From contig JAJQAH010000101.1 in NCBI GenBank assembly GCA_021203885.1, forward strand, positions 20,667-84,666: DNA of 64,000 nt. Direction: 5' to 3'. Source of the DNA: Oscillospiraceae bacterium. GTDB lineage: Bacteria; Bacillota; Clostridia; Oscillospirales; Oscillospiraceae. The notes beneath the pieces were generated by a model, which was not told where the DNA came from, did not search any database, and worked only from the letters and a program-made list of their open reading frames with translations. Of the stretch, positions 45,924 through 57,200 are shown piece by piece. Position 1 is the stretch's first letter, and each line of letters begins with the position of its first letter. A program made the translations under genes and the position numbers.

Positions 45924-46432
45924 TCGTGACTTACACTGCAGCAGTGATCACCGTCAGCGACAAGGGCTCCGCGGGGCAGCGGGAGGATACCAGCGGTCCC
46001 GCTCTCTGCCAGCTGCTGAAGGAAAACGGCTGGGACGTGGTCCACACGGCCATGATCCCGGATGAGAGCGACCAGATCCAGGCCGAATTGAAATCCTGCG
46101 CGGATGAGAAAAAAGTCGCACTGGTCCTGACAACCGGCGGTACCGGCTTTTCCCCCAGGGATGTCACGCCGGATGCCACTCTGGCCGTGATCCAGCGACA
46201 TGTTCCCGGGATCCCGGAGGCCATGCGGGCGGAGAGCCTGCGTATCACGCCGAAGGGCTGCCTCAGCCGGTCGGAAGCCGGTATCCGCGGGCTGACTCTG
46301 ATCATCAATCTGCCGGGAAGCAAAAAGGCAGCCCTTGAAAATATCAATGCGGTCCTGCCCGCATTGCAACACGGGATTGATATGTTATATTCCGCGGGTT
46401 CCGCAGACTGCGGTGAACCCGCAGACGGCTGA
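45920..46432 (+). CDS. mogA: MogA/MoaB-family molybdenum cofactor biosynthesis protein
   Basis: 170 aa. VITVSDKGS...TTGGTGFSPRDVTPDAT. Start overlaps the upstream stop (ATGA). Confidence 0.85.
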   Translation: MIVTYTAAVITVSDKGSAGQREDTSGPALCQLLKENGWDVVHTAMIPDESDQIQAELKSCADEKKVALVLTTGGTGFSPRDVTPDATLAVIQRHVPGIPEAMRAESLRITPKGCLSRSEAGIRGLTLIINLPGSKKAALENINAVLPALQHGIDMLYSAGSADCGEPADG

Positions 46433-46456
46433 TTCGTTTTCAGGAGGCAACTTAAG

Positions 46457-46861
46457 ATGGGAAACAAAAAAACGCCGCCCTCCATGGATCAGTGGATCCA
46501 GGAAGCAAAGCATGACCCCGACGGCCAGCAGGTGGGCATGTTCCTTGTCCACAACGGTGTCGTCCGGGAGACTCCCAAAGCAAAGGTGCGGGGCGGAGAG
46601 CAGACCGACAGGCAGGTCACGGGCATGCATTTCAGCTATGACGAGGAAAAAGTGGCGGACGCCTTGTCGGAAGTACGTAAAATGCCGGGAATTTATTATG
46701 CCCGGGCATGGCTGAACTCCGGTGATCTGGATGTGGGGGATGACATCATGTATGTACTGGTCGGCGGTGATATCCGGCCCCACGTGATAGACGCCCTGCA
46801 GTCCCTGGTCGGTAAGATCAAGGGAGAATGCGTGACGGAAACGGAGGTTCTCTCTCCGTGA
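46457..46861 (+). CDS. MoaE-like protein (molybdopterin synthase catalytic subunit family, short form)
   Basis: 134 aa. GMFLVHNGVVRE ... GDLDVGDDIMYVLVGGDIRPHVIDALQSLVGKIKGE parallels the E. coli MoaE pattern G.V.TF.G.VR ... GEL.PGDEIV.V.V...HR..AFEA....D.LK. Confidence 0.6.
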   Translation: MGNKKTPPSMDQWIQEAKHDPDGQQVGMFLVHNGVVRETPKAKVRGGEQTDRQVTGMHFSYDEEKVADALSEVRKMPGIYYARAWLNSGDLDVGDDIMYVLVGGDIRPHVIDALQSLVGKIKGECVTETEVLSP

Positions 46862-47559
46862 AGATCGTCTGGAATGACCGGTCGATCCGCTGGTTTCGGG
46901 ACGCGTCCGCCTATACCGGGTTCCACGCACAGTTAGCCGGGGCCATACTCAGCCACATTCCCGTACGGGACAGCCTGTGCGATGTCGGATGCGGTTCCGG
47001 ACTGATTGATTTTATCCTGGCCCCTGACTTCGGGCAGATCACCTGTGTGGACCGGGATCCGGTTGCGATCCGGTCGGTCGAGGAGCAGGCCGGCATTTTG
47101 GGCCTTGATAACGTGTCCGCCCTGTGTCTGGACGGAGGATCCCTTTCCGGTCAGTGGGGGACTGTTATGGCCCTGTTTCACGGGACCCGGGAACTGCTTC
47201 CCCATTATCTCAGTCTGGCGCGGGATCAGATGATTCTCGTGACACACGGAAGCGCCGAAGGTTCTTTCGGCCCTTCCGACAGGCGCGGCACGAAACACAT
47301 CCACACGTCCGTTATGGAAGGCTGGCTGCTGGACATGGGCGTGGACTTTGACGTGGAGGAATTTTCCCTTGAATACGGCCAGCCTTTTACCGACCTGGAG
47401 GATGCCCGTGCTTTCCTCACGGCCTACGCCGCCCCGATGGAGCCCGAGGAGCTGGAAAACTATCTTCATCAGCAGCTGCAGCAGACAGATGACAGCACCT
47501 TCCCATACTATCTGCCTAACTGTAAAAAGGTGGCCCTGTTCACTGTCCCGCGGCCGTGA
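46858..47559 (+). CDS. class I SAM-dependent methyltransferase
   Basis: LCDVGCGSGLIDFIL motif I and CVDRD post-I. Start taken at GTG 46858, which overlaps the MoaE-like stop (GTGA). Confidence 0.65.
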   Translation: MKIVWNDRSIRWFRDASAYTGFHAQLAGAILSHIPVRDSLCDVGCGSGLIDFILAPDFGQITCVDRDPVAIRSVEEQAGILGLDNVSALCLDGGSLSGQWGTVMALFHGTRELLPHYLSLARDQMILVTHGSAEGSFGPSDRRGTKHIHTSVMEGWLLDMGVDFDVEEFSLEYGQPFTDLEDARAFLTAYAAPMEPEELENYLHQQLQQTDDSTFPYYLPNCKKVALFTVPRP

Positions 47560-47578
47560 CGAATATCGATTCATTGAG

Positions 47579-47613
47579 GATCAGCGCAGCCCTTCCTGCG
47601 CTGATCTTTTTTT
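47579..47613 (+). terminator. intrinsic terminator
   Basis: GATCAGCGCAG-CCCTTC-CTGCGCTGATC perfect 11-bp stem followed by TTTTTTT. Confidence 0.88.
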
Positions 47614-47703
47614 GATTACATGCAGCCAAAACGGGCAATATTCCCCTTTGTTTTCAGCTGCAACGCGCACGGACACAGACCGCTCCAGGCACCCATGTTG
47701 CAC

Positions 47704-47732
47704 TTGACAAGACACGCGAAAAAGCCCATAAT
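47704..47732 (+). promoter_or_regulatory. near-consensus sigma-A promoter upstream of pyrH
   Basis: TTGACA, 17 nt, CATAAT. About 155 nt of structured leader follows. Confidence 0.6.
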
Positions 47733-47892
47733 AAAGTGAATTATCCGAGCGCAGAAACACCCCGTTTTTTTGCGCTGCCGGCCCTCTTTTCGCCGGGAAA
47801 ATTCGGTCTCATACCGCTTCAGCCTGCGGATAGAGCCGAACAATTAATTCTTAATTTCTGAACAATATAAAATTGCAAGGAGTGTGTGCATA

Positions 47893-48609
47893 ATGGGAGA
47901 AATCGCGTATCACCGAGTCATGCTGAAAATCAGCGGTGAGGCTCTGGCGGGAGACAACTCCCGTGGTCTGGACTTCTCGGTAATCGGTGAGGTCAGCGAC
48001 GCCATTAAAGAGTGCGTTCAGATGGGCGTACAGGTCGGCGTCGTTGTCGGAGGCGGAAACTTCTGGCGCGGCGTCAAAGACGGCGGCGACCAGATGGAGC
48101 GCACACGCGCCGACCACATGGGAATGCTGGCCACCACCATCAACGCCCTGGCCGTAGCCGATGTTCTGGAGCAAAGAGGCGTTGATGTACGCGTGCAGAC
48201 CGCCATTGAAATGCGCTCTATTGCCGAGCCGTATATCCGTTCCAGAGCCATCCGTCATCTCGAAAAGGGGCGGGTGGTCATTTTCGGCTGTGGAACCGGC
48301 AATCCGTATTTTTCCACGGATACCGCTGCGGTCCTGCGGGCTGCGGAGATCGGTGCCGAAATCATTCTGCTTGCTAAAAACATCGACGGTGTTTACTCCG
48401 CCGACCCCAGACTTGATCCCTCCGCTGAGAAATACGACTCCATCTCCTATGAAGATGTACTGGCCAAGCGCCTTCAGGTCATGGACTATACAGCAACCTC
48501 GCTTTCCATGGATAACGATATTCCCGTACTTCTCTTTGCGTTAAAGGATCCGGAAAATATCATCCGGGCCGTTAAGGGAGAAAAAATCGGCACGATCGTA
48601 AAAGACTGA
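47893..48609 (+). CDS. pyrH: UMP kinase
   Basis: [18 protein letters not shown]...[11 protein letters not shown] 47893 lies 10 nt after AAGGAG, while the ORF-track GTG 47884 lies 1 nt after it. Confidence 0.95.
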   Translation: MGEIAYHRVMLKISGEALAGDNSRGLDFSVIGEVSDAIKECVQMGVQVGVVVGGGNFWRGVKDGGDQMERTRADHMGMLATTINALAVADVLEQRGVDVRVQTAIEMRSIAEPYIRSRAIRHLEKGRVVIFGCGTGNPYFSTDTAAVLRAAEIGAEIILLAKNIDGVYSADPRLDPSAEKYDSISYEDVLAKRLQVMDYTATSLSMDNDIPVLLFALKDPENIIRAVKGEKIGTIVKD

Positions 48610-48741
48610 AAGATCTGCGGATCATCGCCGCTTTTTCATCCGAAAATACATTGTAACAGGAGGTTTCAGGCAGCCCGGCTGCCTGACAGTGCTTCCGCCC
48701 GGCCTCTGGAAGGCGGCGGGCCTCCGCACTGAAAATTTGTT

Positions 48742-49296
48742 ATGAATGAAGTGAGTATGGAATACGACAAAAAAATGGGGAAGACCATTGACGTGATCAA
48801 ATCCGATTTTGCCTCTGTCAGGGCCGGGAGAGCCAACAGCAGCATCCTCGACCGCGTTACCGTGGAATACTATGGCACCCCCACCCCGCTGAACCAGGTG
48901 GCTTCCATTTCCACTCCGGATCCCAGAGTCCTGGTCATCCAGCCCTGGGACAGTTCCCTGCTGGGCGATATCGAGCGGGCGATCCTGACTTCCGACGTGG
49001 GTATCAATCCTCAGAATGACGGTAAGGTGATCCGCCTGACTTTTCCACAGCTGACCGAAGAGCGCAGAAAAGAATTGACCAAACAGGTACGTAAATACGA
49101 GGAGAACGGCAAAGTCGCCATCCGGAACATACGCCGGGATGCCATGGAGCATATTAAAAACATGGAGAAAAACGGTGAAATGACCGAGGATGACCGGAAG
49201 GAATACGAAGACGAGATACAGGAGATCACCGATAAACGATGCAAGGAGCTCTCCGATCTGACTTCCGAAAAAGAAGCCGAGCTTCTTTCCCTGTAA
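48742..49296 (+). CDS. frr: ribosome recycling factor
   Basis: 184 aa. ...FASVRAGRAN...LTEERRKEL... typical Frr. Confidence 0.95.
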   Translation: MNEVSMEYDKKMGKTIDVIKSDFASVRAGRANSSILDRVTVEYYGTPTPLNQVASISTPDPRVLVIQPWDSSLLGDIERAILTSDVGINPQNDGKVIRLTFPQLTEERRKELTKQVRKYEENGKVAIRNIRRDAMEHIKNMEKNGEMTEDDRKEYEDEIQEITDKRCKELSDLTSEKEAELLSL

Positions 49297-49304
49297 CAAG
49301 AGGT

Positions 49305-50042
49305 ATGCCATTCAAGAAAAAGGCACCCGAAGAGCCGGACTTTCAAAATCTCCCGCGGCATGTGGCTATCATCATGGACGGAAACGGACGATGGGCCAAA
49401 GCGCACGGTCTGCCCAGAAAAGCAGGCCACGCGGCTGGTGCCGAGACCTTTCGGACCATCGCTACATACTGTAAGGATATCGGTCTGGAATACCTGACGG
49501 TATACGCTTTTTCAACCGAGAACTGGAAACGCCCCGCTGATGAGGTGCAGGCGATTATGGACCTGCTGAAAAAATACCTGCGGGAAGCCATTGAAAAGAT
49601 GGAACGCGACCGGATCAAAATGAGGCTGTTCGGGGATCTGTCGGTCCTGGATGAGGAGCTGCTTGCTCTGTGCCGGGAGACGGAGGAGATCTCCGAGCGG
49701 TATGAAGGCTTTCAGGTCAATATATGCCTGAACTACGGCGGGCGTGATGAGATCCTCCATGCCTGTAAATCATTTGCTGAAGACTGTCTTTCCGGTAAAG
49801 CGGTTCCGTCCGAACTGACGGAAAGCGGCTTTTCCGATTATTTATATTCTGCCGGGGTCCCTGATCCGGACCTGATTATACGGCCCAGCGGAGAGCTTCG
49901 TCTTTCTAATTTTTTGCTCTGGCAATCCGCTTATTCGGAATTATATTTTACCGATGTCCTGTGGCCGGATTTCAGTAAAGAAGAACTTTGCCGGGCCATA
50001 GCGGCATACCAGCATCGCTCCCGCCGATACGGAGGTGTTTAG
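49305..50042 (+). CDS. uppS: isoprenyl transferase (undecaprenyl diphosphate synthase)
   Basis: [13 protein letters not shown] and FSTENWKRP motifs. ATG 49305 follows AGAGG. Confidence 0.93.
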   Translation: MPFKKKAPEEPDFQNLPRHVAIIMDGNGRWAKAHGLPRKAGHAAGAETFRTIATYCKDIGLEYLTVYAFSTENWKRPADEVQAIMDLLKKYLREAIEKMERDRIKMRLFGDLSVLDEELLALCRETEEISERYEGFQVNICLNYGGRDEILHACKSFAEDCLSGKAVPSELTESGFSDYLYSAGVPDPDLIIRPSGELRLSNFLLWQSAYSELYFTDVLWPDFSKEELCRAIAAYQHRSRRYGGV

Positions 50043-50877
50043 TATCACCAAGCGAATTATCACGGCTGTCATATGTGTCCCCATCCTGCTGGTGATCATC
50101 CTATTCCTTCCGGCCTGGTGCTGGTGCGTGGTTATGGCGCTGGTTTCCCTTCTATCAGCTTTTGAGATGATGAAAGCCGCCGGCGAGGGGAAAATACCCT
50201 TTCCGGTAGAAATCGTGGCGCTTCTGTCCGCGGTTCTGATTCCGGTCGGCCAGCTGACCGGCGGGAGTCAGCCTATTATTATTGGATGTATCATGGCGGT
50301 TGCCGCCGTCAGTTTCGGCTATGCCATTCTGACCTACGACGAGGACAGTAAAAGCGGAAAAATGCGGCTTTACCATATACTGGTCACGCTTTTTTCCGGC
50401 TGTGCCATCCCCCTTTCTCTCTCCTGCATGGTCTGCCTGCGGGATTTGACCGACGGTCGTTACCTGGTCCTGCTTGCGATGCTTCTTGCCTTTGTCACCG
50501 ACGGAGCTGCTTACTTCGGAGGGATGTATCTCGGAAAGCATCGCGGCATCGTACCTGTCAGCCCGAATAAGAGTATAGAAGGGTATATCTCCGGCCTGAT
50601 TGGCGGCATTCTCCTGTCCCTGATTTACGGAGTTATCATCAGCCTGATCATGTCGGAAACTCTGCACCCGTTTACCCTCATTATTTGCGGCCTGCTCGGA
50701 GCGGTCTTCGCGGAACTGGGTGACCTGGTATTTTCTCTGATCAAGCGGCAGTATGACATCAAAGATTTCGGTAATATCCTGCCGGGCCACGGAGGGATGC
50801 TGGACCGGTTCGATTCTTTGATCTTCTGCGGGCCTGTTATTTTTCTGATCACCTGCTGCTCAAAAGTGCTGGGGTGA
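50035..50877 (+). CDS. cdsA: phosphatidate cytidylyltransferase
   Basis: 280 aa, multi-TM. C-terminal [25 protein letters not shown] signature. Confidence 0.88.
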   Translation: MFSITKRIITAVICVPILLVIILFLPAWCWCVVMALVSLLSAFEMMKAAGEGKIPFPVEIVALLSAVLIPVGQLTGGSQPIIIGCIMAVAAVSFGYAILTYDEDSKSGKMRLYHILVTLFSGCAIPLSLSCMVCLRDLTDGRYLVLLAMLLAFVTDGAAYFGGMYLGKHRGIVPVSPNKSIEGYISGLIGGILLSLIYGVIISLIMSETLHPFTLIICGLLGAVFAELGDLVFSLIKRQYDIKDFGNILPGHGGMLDRFDSLIFCGPVIFLITCCSKVLG

Positions 50878-50894
50878 TCTTTAGAGGTTCTTGC

Positions 50895-52046
50895 ATGGCT
50901 TTCATTACGAATCAACGAACAATTTCAGTTCTGGGGTCTACTGGCTCCATCGGGCGGCAGTCACTGGAAGTGATCACCGCCCTCAACTTATCTGTGGGCG
51001 CTTTGGCGGCCAATACTTCGGTGGAACTGCTGGAAGAGCAGGCCCGCCTTTTTCACCCCCGGCTGGTGGCGGCAGCTGATCCGGATGCCGCCTCCCGGTT
51101 AAAGCTGCGTCTGGCCGATACATCCATCCGGGTGGTCGGCGGCCAGGAGGGCATGCTGGAGGCCGCCACTCTGCCTCAGGCGGACACGGTGCTGGTCGCG
51201 CTGGTGGGGATCGCCGGGCTGATTCCCACCCTGGCAGCCATCGACGCCGGGAAACGGATCGCCCTGGCCAACAAGGAAACTCTGGTCTGCGCGGGAGAGC
51301 TGGTTATGGACCGGGCACAGGAAAAAGGTGTGCGTATCCTCCCTGTGGACTCGGAACATTCCGCTCTCTTTCAATGTCTGGAAGGCAACCGTCCGGAGGA
51401 CGTGAAACGGCTGATCCTGACCGCCTCCGGCGGTCCTTTTTGGGGAAAGACCCGAGAGGAGCTGGCAGATGTCACGCCGGAGCAGGCTCTGAACCATCCC
51501 AACTGGTCCATGGGCCCGAAAGTCACAATCGACTCCGCCACGTTAATGAATAAAGGCCTTGAGTATATTGAAGCCATGCGGTTATACCGGATGCCGGCTG
51601 AAAAGATCTCCGTCGTGATCCAGCGGGAGAGTATCATTCACTCCATGGTGGAATACCGGGACGGGGCCGTTCTGGCCCAGCTGGGTGTTCCGGATATGCG
51701 TCTTCCCATCCAGTACGCTCTGACTTGGCCGGAACGTCAGGACGGACCCGTGGAATCCCTGGACCTTTTCACATGCGGCCCCCTGCACTTTGCTCCGCCG
51801 GATCCGGAGGCTTTCCCCTGCCTGTCTCTGGCTGTTCAGGCCGCCGGGGAAGGCGGAACGGCCACCGCTTCCCTGAACGGAGCCAATGAAGTGGCGGTGG
51901 CACGGTTTTTAAATGGTGAGATCGGGTTCAACGATATCCCGAAGCTCGTGGAAAAAGCCCTGTCTCATGCGGCGGTAACACCCGCTTCCTCCCTGGACGC
52001 GATCTTCGCCGCGGATGCCGAGGCGCGCAGAATCGCCGCCGGATAA
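50895..52046 (+). CDS. dxr: 1-deoxy-D-xylulose 5-phosphate reductoisomerase
   Basis: ISVLGSTGSIGRQSLEV, LANKETLV and NHPNWSMG motifs. ATG 50895 is preferred; an alternative GTG at 50874 overlaps the cdsA stop. Confidence 0.92.
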   Translation: MAFITNQRTISVLGSTGSIGRQSLEVITALNLSVGALAANTSVELLEEQARLFHPRLVAAADPDAASRLKLRLADTSIRVVGGQEGMLEAATLPQADTVLVALVGIAGLIPTLAAIDAGKRIALANKETLVCAGELVMDRAQEKGVRILPVDSEHSALFQCLEGNRPEDVKRLILTASGGPFWGKTREELADVTPEQALNHPNWSMGPKVTIDSATLMNKGLEYIEAMRLYRMPAEKISVVIQRESIIHSMVEYRDGAVLAQLGVPDMRLPIQYALTWPERQDGPVESLDLFTCGPLHFAPPDPEAFPCLSLAVQAAGEGGTATASLNGANEVAVARFLNGEIGFNDIPKLVEKALSHAAVTPASSLDAIFAADAEARRIAAG

Positions 52047-52050
52047 TATT

Positions 52051-53124
52051 ATGACCATTGTTCTCTATATCGTAATTGCCATCATTCTTTTCGGTCTGCT
52101 GATCGCCGTTCACGAATTCGGCCATTTTTTCACGGCCAAACTTCTGGGGATCAAGGTCAACGAGTTCTCCGTCGGCATGGGCCCGGTGCTCCTGAAGAAG
52201 ATTCACGGGGAGACCCAGTACAGTCTGCGTCTTCTGCCCATCGGCGGCTTTTGCTCCATGGAGGGGGAAGGAACCGACTCGGATGATCCCCGCGCCTTTG
52301 AGCGGCAGGCGCCCTGGAAAAGATTTATTGTTCTCATTGCCGGCTCCGGGATGAATTTTATCGCCGGTTTCGTGATCTTCCTGATCGTTTTTTCCCAGAC
52401 TGCGGCTTTTTCCCTGCCGGTCATCACAGGCTTCATTGACGGCGCGGACCATCTGGTGGAGGAGGGCCTCCGGGAGGGGGATCAGATCTACAGTGTGAAC
52501 GGCAGCCGCACCTACACTTCTTCGGATGCCCAGCTGTTCCTTTCACGGGCGGGAGATATCGTGGATCTGGAAGTGCTCCGTGACGGGAAACGGATCGATT
52601 TCCCCGACTTTGATTTCAGCGCTACGGTTCCCTATACCAACGAGGACGGGACCATCAGCTACCTGCGTGGGATCTACTACGGCGAAGCGGTGGAAAACAC
52701 CGTGGGGACCACTCTGCAGTTCACCTGGTACCAGACCATTGACAGTGTCCGTCTGGTCTGGATCAGCCTGGGCGATCTGATCTCCGGAGCAGCCGGCCTG
52801 TCCGACCTTTCCGGCCCCATCGGGATCGTCAGCACGGTAAGTTCCCTGGGCGCCAGCGCTTCCACCGTCGGCACAGGGATCCTGACCGTCCTGAATATCA
52901 TGGCCTTTATTGCGATCAATCTCGCTGTCATGAATCTGCTCCCCATCCCGGCTCTGGACGGCGGGCGGATCTTCTTCCTGATCGTGGGGATCATTTATAA
53001 GCTGATATTCCATAAGCAGCTGGACCCGAAATACGAAAACGCGATCAACTCGGTGGTCTTTGTCCTTCTGATGATATTCATGGTGGTGGTCGCTGTCAGC
53101 GATGTGCTCAAAATCGCCACCTAG
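52051..53124 (+). CDS. rseP: RIP metalloprotease RseP (M50 site-2 protease)
   Basis: [30 protein letters not shown] (HExxH), PDZ segment, [11 protein letters not shown] motif. Start at ATG 52051. Confidence 0.88.
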   Translation: MTIVLYIVIAIILFGLLIAVHEFGHFFTAKLLGIKVNEFSVGMGPVLLKKIHGETQYSLRLLPIGGFCSMEGEGTDSDDPRAFERQAPWKRFIVLIAGSGMNFIAGFVIFLIVFSQTAAFSLPVITGFIDGADHLVEEGLREGDQIYSVNGSRTYTSSDAQLFLSRAGDIVDLEVLRDGKRIDFPDFDFSATVPYTNEDGTISYLRGIYYGEAVENTVGTTLQFTWYQTIDSVRLVWISLGDLISGAAGLSDLSGPIGIVSTVSSLGASASTVGTGILTVLNIMAFIAINLAVMNLLPIPALDGGRIFFLIVGIIYKLIFHKQLDPKYENAINSVVFVLLMIFMVVVAVSDVLKIAT

Positions 53125-53135
53125 GAGGCAGTTTT

Positions 53136-54173
53136 ATGACAAGGCAGATAGTGGCAGGCGGCGTTCCCATCGGCGGCGGCGCTCCGGTGACGATCCAATC
53201 CATGTGCAATACCCCGACGGCTGACGTGGAATCGACCGTTGCCCAGATCCTCCGTCTGGAAAACGCCGGCTGTGATATCGTACGGGTCGCCGTCCCGGAC
53301 ATGGAGGCCGCCCGCGCGATCGGATCCATCCGTCCGCGTATTCATATTCCTCTGGTGGCGGACATTCATTTTGACTACCGTCTGGCCCTGGAAGCCGTAT
53401 CCGCGGGCGCGGATAAGATCCGCATCAACCCGGGCAACATCGGCGGCCCCGATCGGGTCAGGGCGGTTGCTGACGCCTGCCGCTCCGCCGGGATCCCCAT
53501 ACGGATAGGGGTCAACGGCGGATCCCTGGAAAAAACGCTGCTGGAAAAATACGGAGGCGTCACACCCGAAGCCATGGTGGATTCCGCGCTGAATCAGATC
53601 GAGCTTCTGCATCAGTGGGATTTTCAGGATATCTGCGTCTCCTTAAAATCTTCATCCGTGCCGGTGACCATGGCCGCTTATCGTCTGATGGCGGAACGCA
53701 GCGACTGTCCTCTCCATCTGGGCGTCACGGAAGCCGGAACGGTGGAGATGGGCACGATAAAATCCGCCGTGGGGATCGGCGGCCTGCTGGCTCAGGGCAT
53801 CGGGGACACGATACGCGTCTCCCTCACCGCCGATCCGGTGGAGGAAGTTCTGGCGGCCAAAAAAATCATGGCAGCTGCCGGCCTGAGGCAGGAGGGACCG
53901 GAGCTGATCTGCTGCCCAACCTGCGGCCGCACCAGTATCGACCTTATTCCTCTGGCCCGGCAGGTGGAAGAGCGCCTGAAAAATGTAAAGAAGCCGATCA
54001 CCGTCGCCGTTATGGGCTGTGTGGTCAACGGCCCCGGAGAGGCCGCCGCCGCGGATGTGGGCCTGGCCGGCGGCCGCGGAGAGGGAGTCCTGTTCTGCAG
54101 GGGCAGCATCGTAAGAAAGGTCCCCGAAGACCGGCTGGTGGACGAACTGTTCGCTCTGATCGAAACACTTTGA
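53136..54173 (+). CDS. ispG: 4-hydroxy-3-methylbut-2-en-1-yl diphosphate synthase
   Basis: 345 aa. [17 protein letters not shown] and CPTCGRT motifs. Confidence 0.95.
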   Translation: MTRQIVAGGVPIGGGAPVTIQSMCNTPTADVESTVAQILRLENAGCDIVRVAVPDMEAARAIGSIRPRIHIPLVADIHFDYRLALEAVSAGADKIRINPGNIGGPDRVRAVADACRSAGIPIRIGVNGGSLEKTLLEKYGGVTPEAMVDSALNQIELLHQWDFQDICVSLKSSSVPVTMAAYRLMAERSDCPLHLGVTEAGTVEMGTIKSAVGIGGLLAQGIGDTIRVSLTADPVEEVLAAKKIMAAAGLRQEGPELICCPTCGRTSIDLIPLARQVEERLKNVKKPITVAVMGCVVNGPGEAAAADVGLAGGRGEGVLFCRGSIVRKVPEDRLVDELFALIETL

Positions 54174-54208
54174 TTCGAAATATCATTTTTTAAGTGAGGT
54201 GAAAATCC

Positions 54209-57200
54209 ATGGCGGAAAGCCCCCTGTTTTCTGACGTATTTCCCCGGTGCCGGCCCAAAACGGACTGGGCCGGTCTTCTGACTGAGACCCGGGTGATTTC
54301 CGCCTGCGTGGATGCCCGCAGCCGCACTCTGACCGCTGTCCTGGAAAGTCCGGATGATACATTGTCCACTTTCCTTCCCGAACTGGAAGAGGCTCTGATC
54401 CGTGCGTACGGACTGGATCAGGCCTCTCTGTCGGTTTCCGGTCCGGAGCCGGCCACGTCCCCCGAAAAGGAACCGGAACCATCCTGGGAAAGCGACGCGC
54501 CGCCGGAGGAAAACAAAAAAGATGATATTGATGATATTTTCGATAGTACCGAGGCCATGCGGAAATCCGCTATGGCTGCTGTCAGCCAAAAACAGAACGG
54601 ATCAGATACATCCGGAACTTCCAGGCCTATCTACGGAAAAATAACCAGGAAAAAAGCCACGCCCATTTCCGAAGTGGTCCTGGACATGGGTTCGGTCATG
54701 ATCGAAGGCCAGGTCACCGCCGTCAATCACCGGGAGATGAAGAAACGGCAGGCCTGGGTCATCTCTTTCGATGTGACCGACTTTGAAAACTCCATCCGTG
54801 TCTCCTGCTTTATGCCGGGAGACAAAGGAAGGCCCATTATAGACCAGGTCTATCCCGGAATGCGGGTCCGGGTACAGGGCACTCCGTCCTTTAATCAATA
54901 TGAGGGCGACATCGTGCTGGAACCCACCGCGGTCCTCGCTCTGCCGGCCCTGCCGCCCAGGCAGGATACCGCCCGGGACAAGCGGGTAGAGCTGCATCTG
55001 CACACCAAGATGTCGATGATGGACGGCCTGACCGACGTCAAACAGGCGGTCAAGCGGGCACAGGAGTGGGGCCATTCCGCTATTGCCGTGACGGATCACG
55101 GAGTCCTTCAGTCTTTTCCGGACGCATGGCATGCCGCCGGGGATATGAAGATCCTGTACGGCGTGGAAGCATACTTTCAAAACGATGTGGACGAAAGAGT
55201 CGCCGTGCACCAGTGCGGCCGGTCTTACCCTCTGGACGGGGAATATGTGGCTTTTGACCTGGAAACCACCGGTCTCGACAAGCAGAGAGACCAGATCATC
55301 GAGATCGGAGCCGCTGTCGTAAAAGACGGTCATCTGACCGAAGAAAGATTCCGGACTTTTGCCGACCCCGGTCATCCGCTCCCGTCCAAGATCACCAGCC
55401 TGACAAGTATAACGGATGATATGCTGAGAGGTTCTCCTTCCCCGTCCGAAGCGGTATCCCAGTTCCTCGATTTTGCCGCCGGCCGTCCGCTGGTGGCGCA
55501 CAATGCCACCTTTGACGCGGCATTTCTGGCCGCTCAGTGTCACAGGGACGGAAAGGACTTTTCCGACTGCTGGGTGGATACGCTGATCCTGGCACAGTAT
55601 CTCTATTCCTCCCTGAAGGATCACAAATTAGATACTCTGGCGTCTTTCCTTCATCTGCCGGAATTCCATCATCACCGGGCCGACGATGACGCGGCCGTCT
55701 GCGGCGAACTGTTCTGTGCGCTGATCCCTCTGCTCCGGGAACACAACGTGGAAACACTGTCCGAGATCAACCCCCTCCTGAAAACCATGAAGCGCGGTGG
55801 ACGGCGGCGCAGGATCCCCTATCACCTGATTATCCTCGCAAAAAATCAGACCGGCCTCCGCAATCTGTACAAATTGGTTTCCATATCGAATCTGGAACAT
55901 TTTTCCCGCTGGCCCATTATGCTCAAATCGGTCATAGAAGCCAACAGGGAGGGCCTGATCTTCGGCTCCGCCTGTCAGGCGGGAGAGCTGTTTCAGGCGA
56001 TGATCGACGGAGCCGAGGATGAAGAACTGGAGCGGATCGCATCCTGGTATGATTATCTGGAGATACAGCCGACTTCCAATAATGCCTTCCTGCTCCGTTC
56101 GAACCGGGACGGCGAGTCCGCAGCCAGAGACGTGAAGCAGCTGCAGGACTGGAACAGCCGTCTGGTGGCGCTGGGAGACCGGCTGGGAAAGCCTGTCTGC
56201 GCCACGGGAGATGTTCACTTTTTAGACCCCACCGACGAGGTCTACCGGCGGATCCTTCTGTCCATGAACGGATATGAGGATGCGGACGCTCCGAATCCTC
56301 TTTATTTCCGCACGACCGACGAAATGCTGGAGGAGTTTTCCTATCTCGGTCCTGAGACCGCTCAGCGGGTCGTGGTGGAAAACACCAATCTGGTGGCCGG
56401 CTGGTGCGAACACATCGAGCCGCTGCCGCACGGTCTTTTCACTCCGAAACTGGAAAATTCTGCTGAGGAGCTGCGGGATCTGGTCTGGGGCAAGGCAAGA
56501 GAATTGTACGGTCAGGACCCCCCGCAGATCGTAACGGACCGGATCAACGCGGAACTGAATGATATCATCAGCTGTAACTATGATGTGATCTATATGTCCG
56601 CCCAGAAACTCGTCCAGGATTCTCTGGAGCACGGCTACCTCGTGGGATCCCGGGGAAGCGTGGGCTCTTCTCTGGTCGCCTTCCTCTCCGGTATCACGGA
56701 GGTGAACTCTCTGCCCGCCCATTACCGCTGCCCCAACTGCAAGCATGCCGATTTTGACTACGCAGCCGACCCCGCCCATCCCTACGGCTGCGGTGTGGAT
56801 ATGCCGGATGCCGTGTGCCCCGTCTGCGGGGCGCAATATGTGAAAGACGGCTTCAATATCCCCTTTGAAACCTTCCTGGGATTCGGCGGGTCGAAAGTCC
56901 CGGATATCGACCTGAACTTTTCCGGCGAATATCAGGCCTCCGCTCATAACTACACCTTTGAACTGTTCGGCCATGATCATGTGTTCCGCGCGGGGACCAT
57001 CGGCACGGTGGCGGAAAAAACGGCCTACGGCTATGTGAAAAAATACTGTGAGGACCGGGATCTTCATCTCTCCAAAGCGGAAGAATCCCGGCTGGCTCTC
57101 GGATGCACCGGTGTAAAACGCACGACGGGCCAGCACCCGGGCGGCATGATCGTCATCCCGCAGGACAAGGAAGTTTACGACTTCTGCCCGGTGCAGTACC

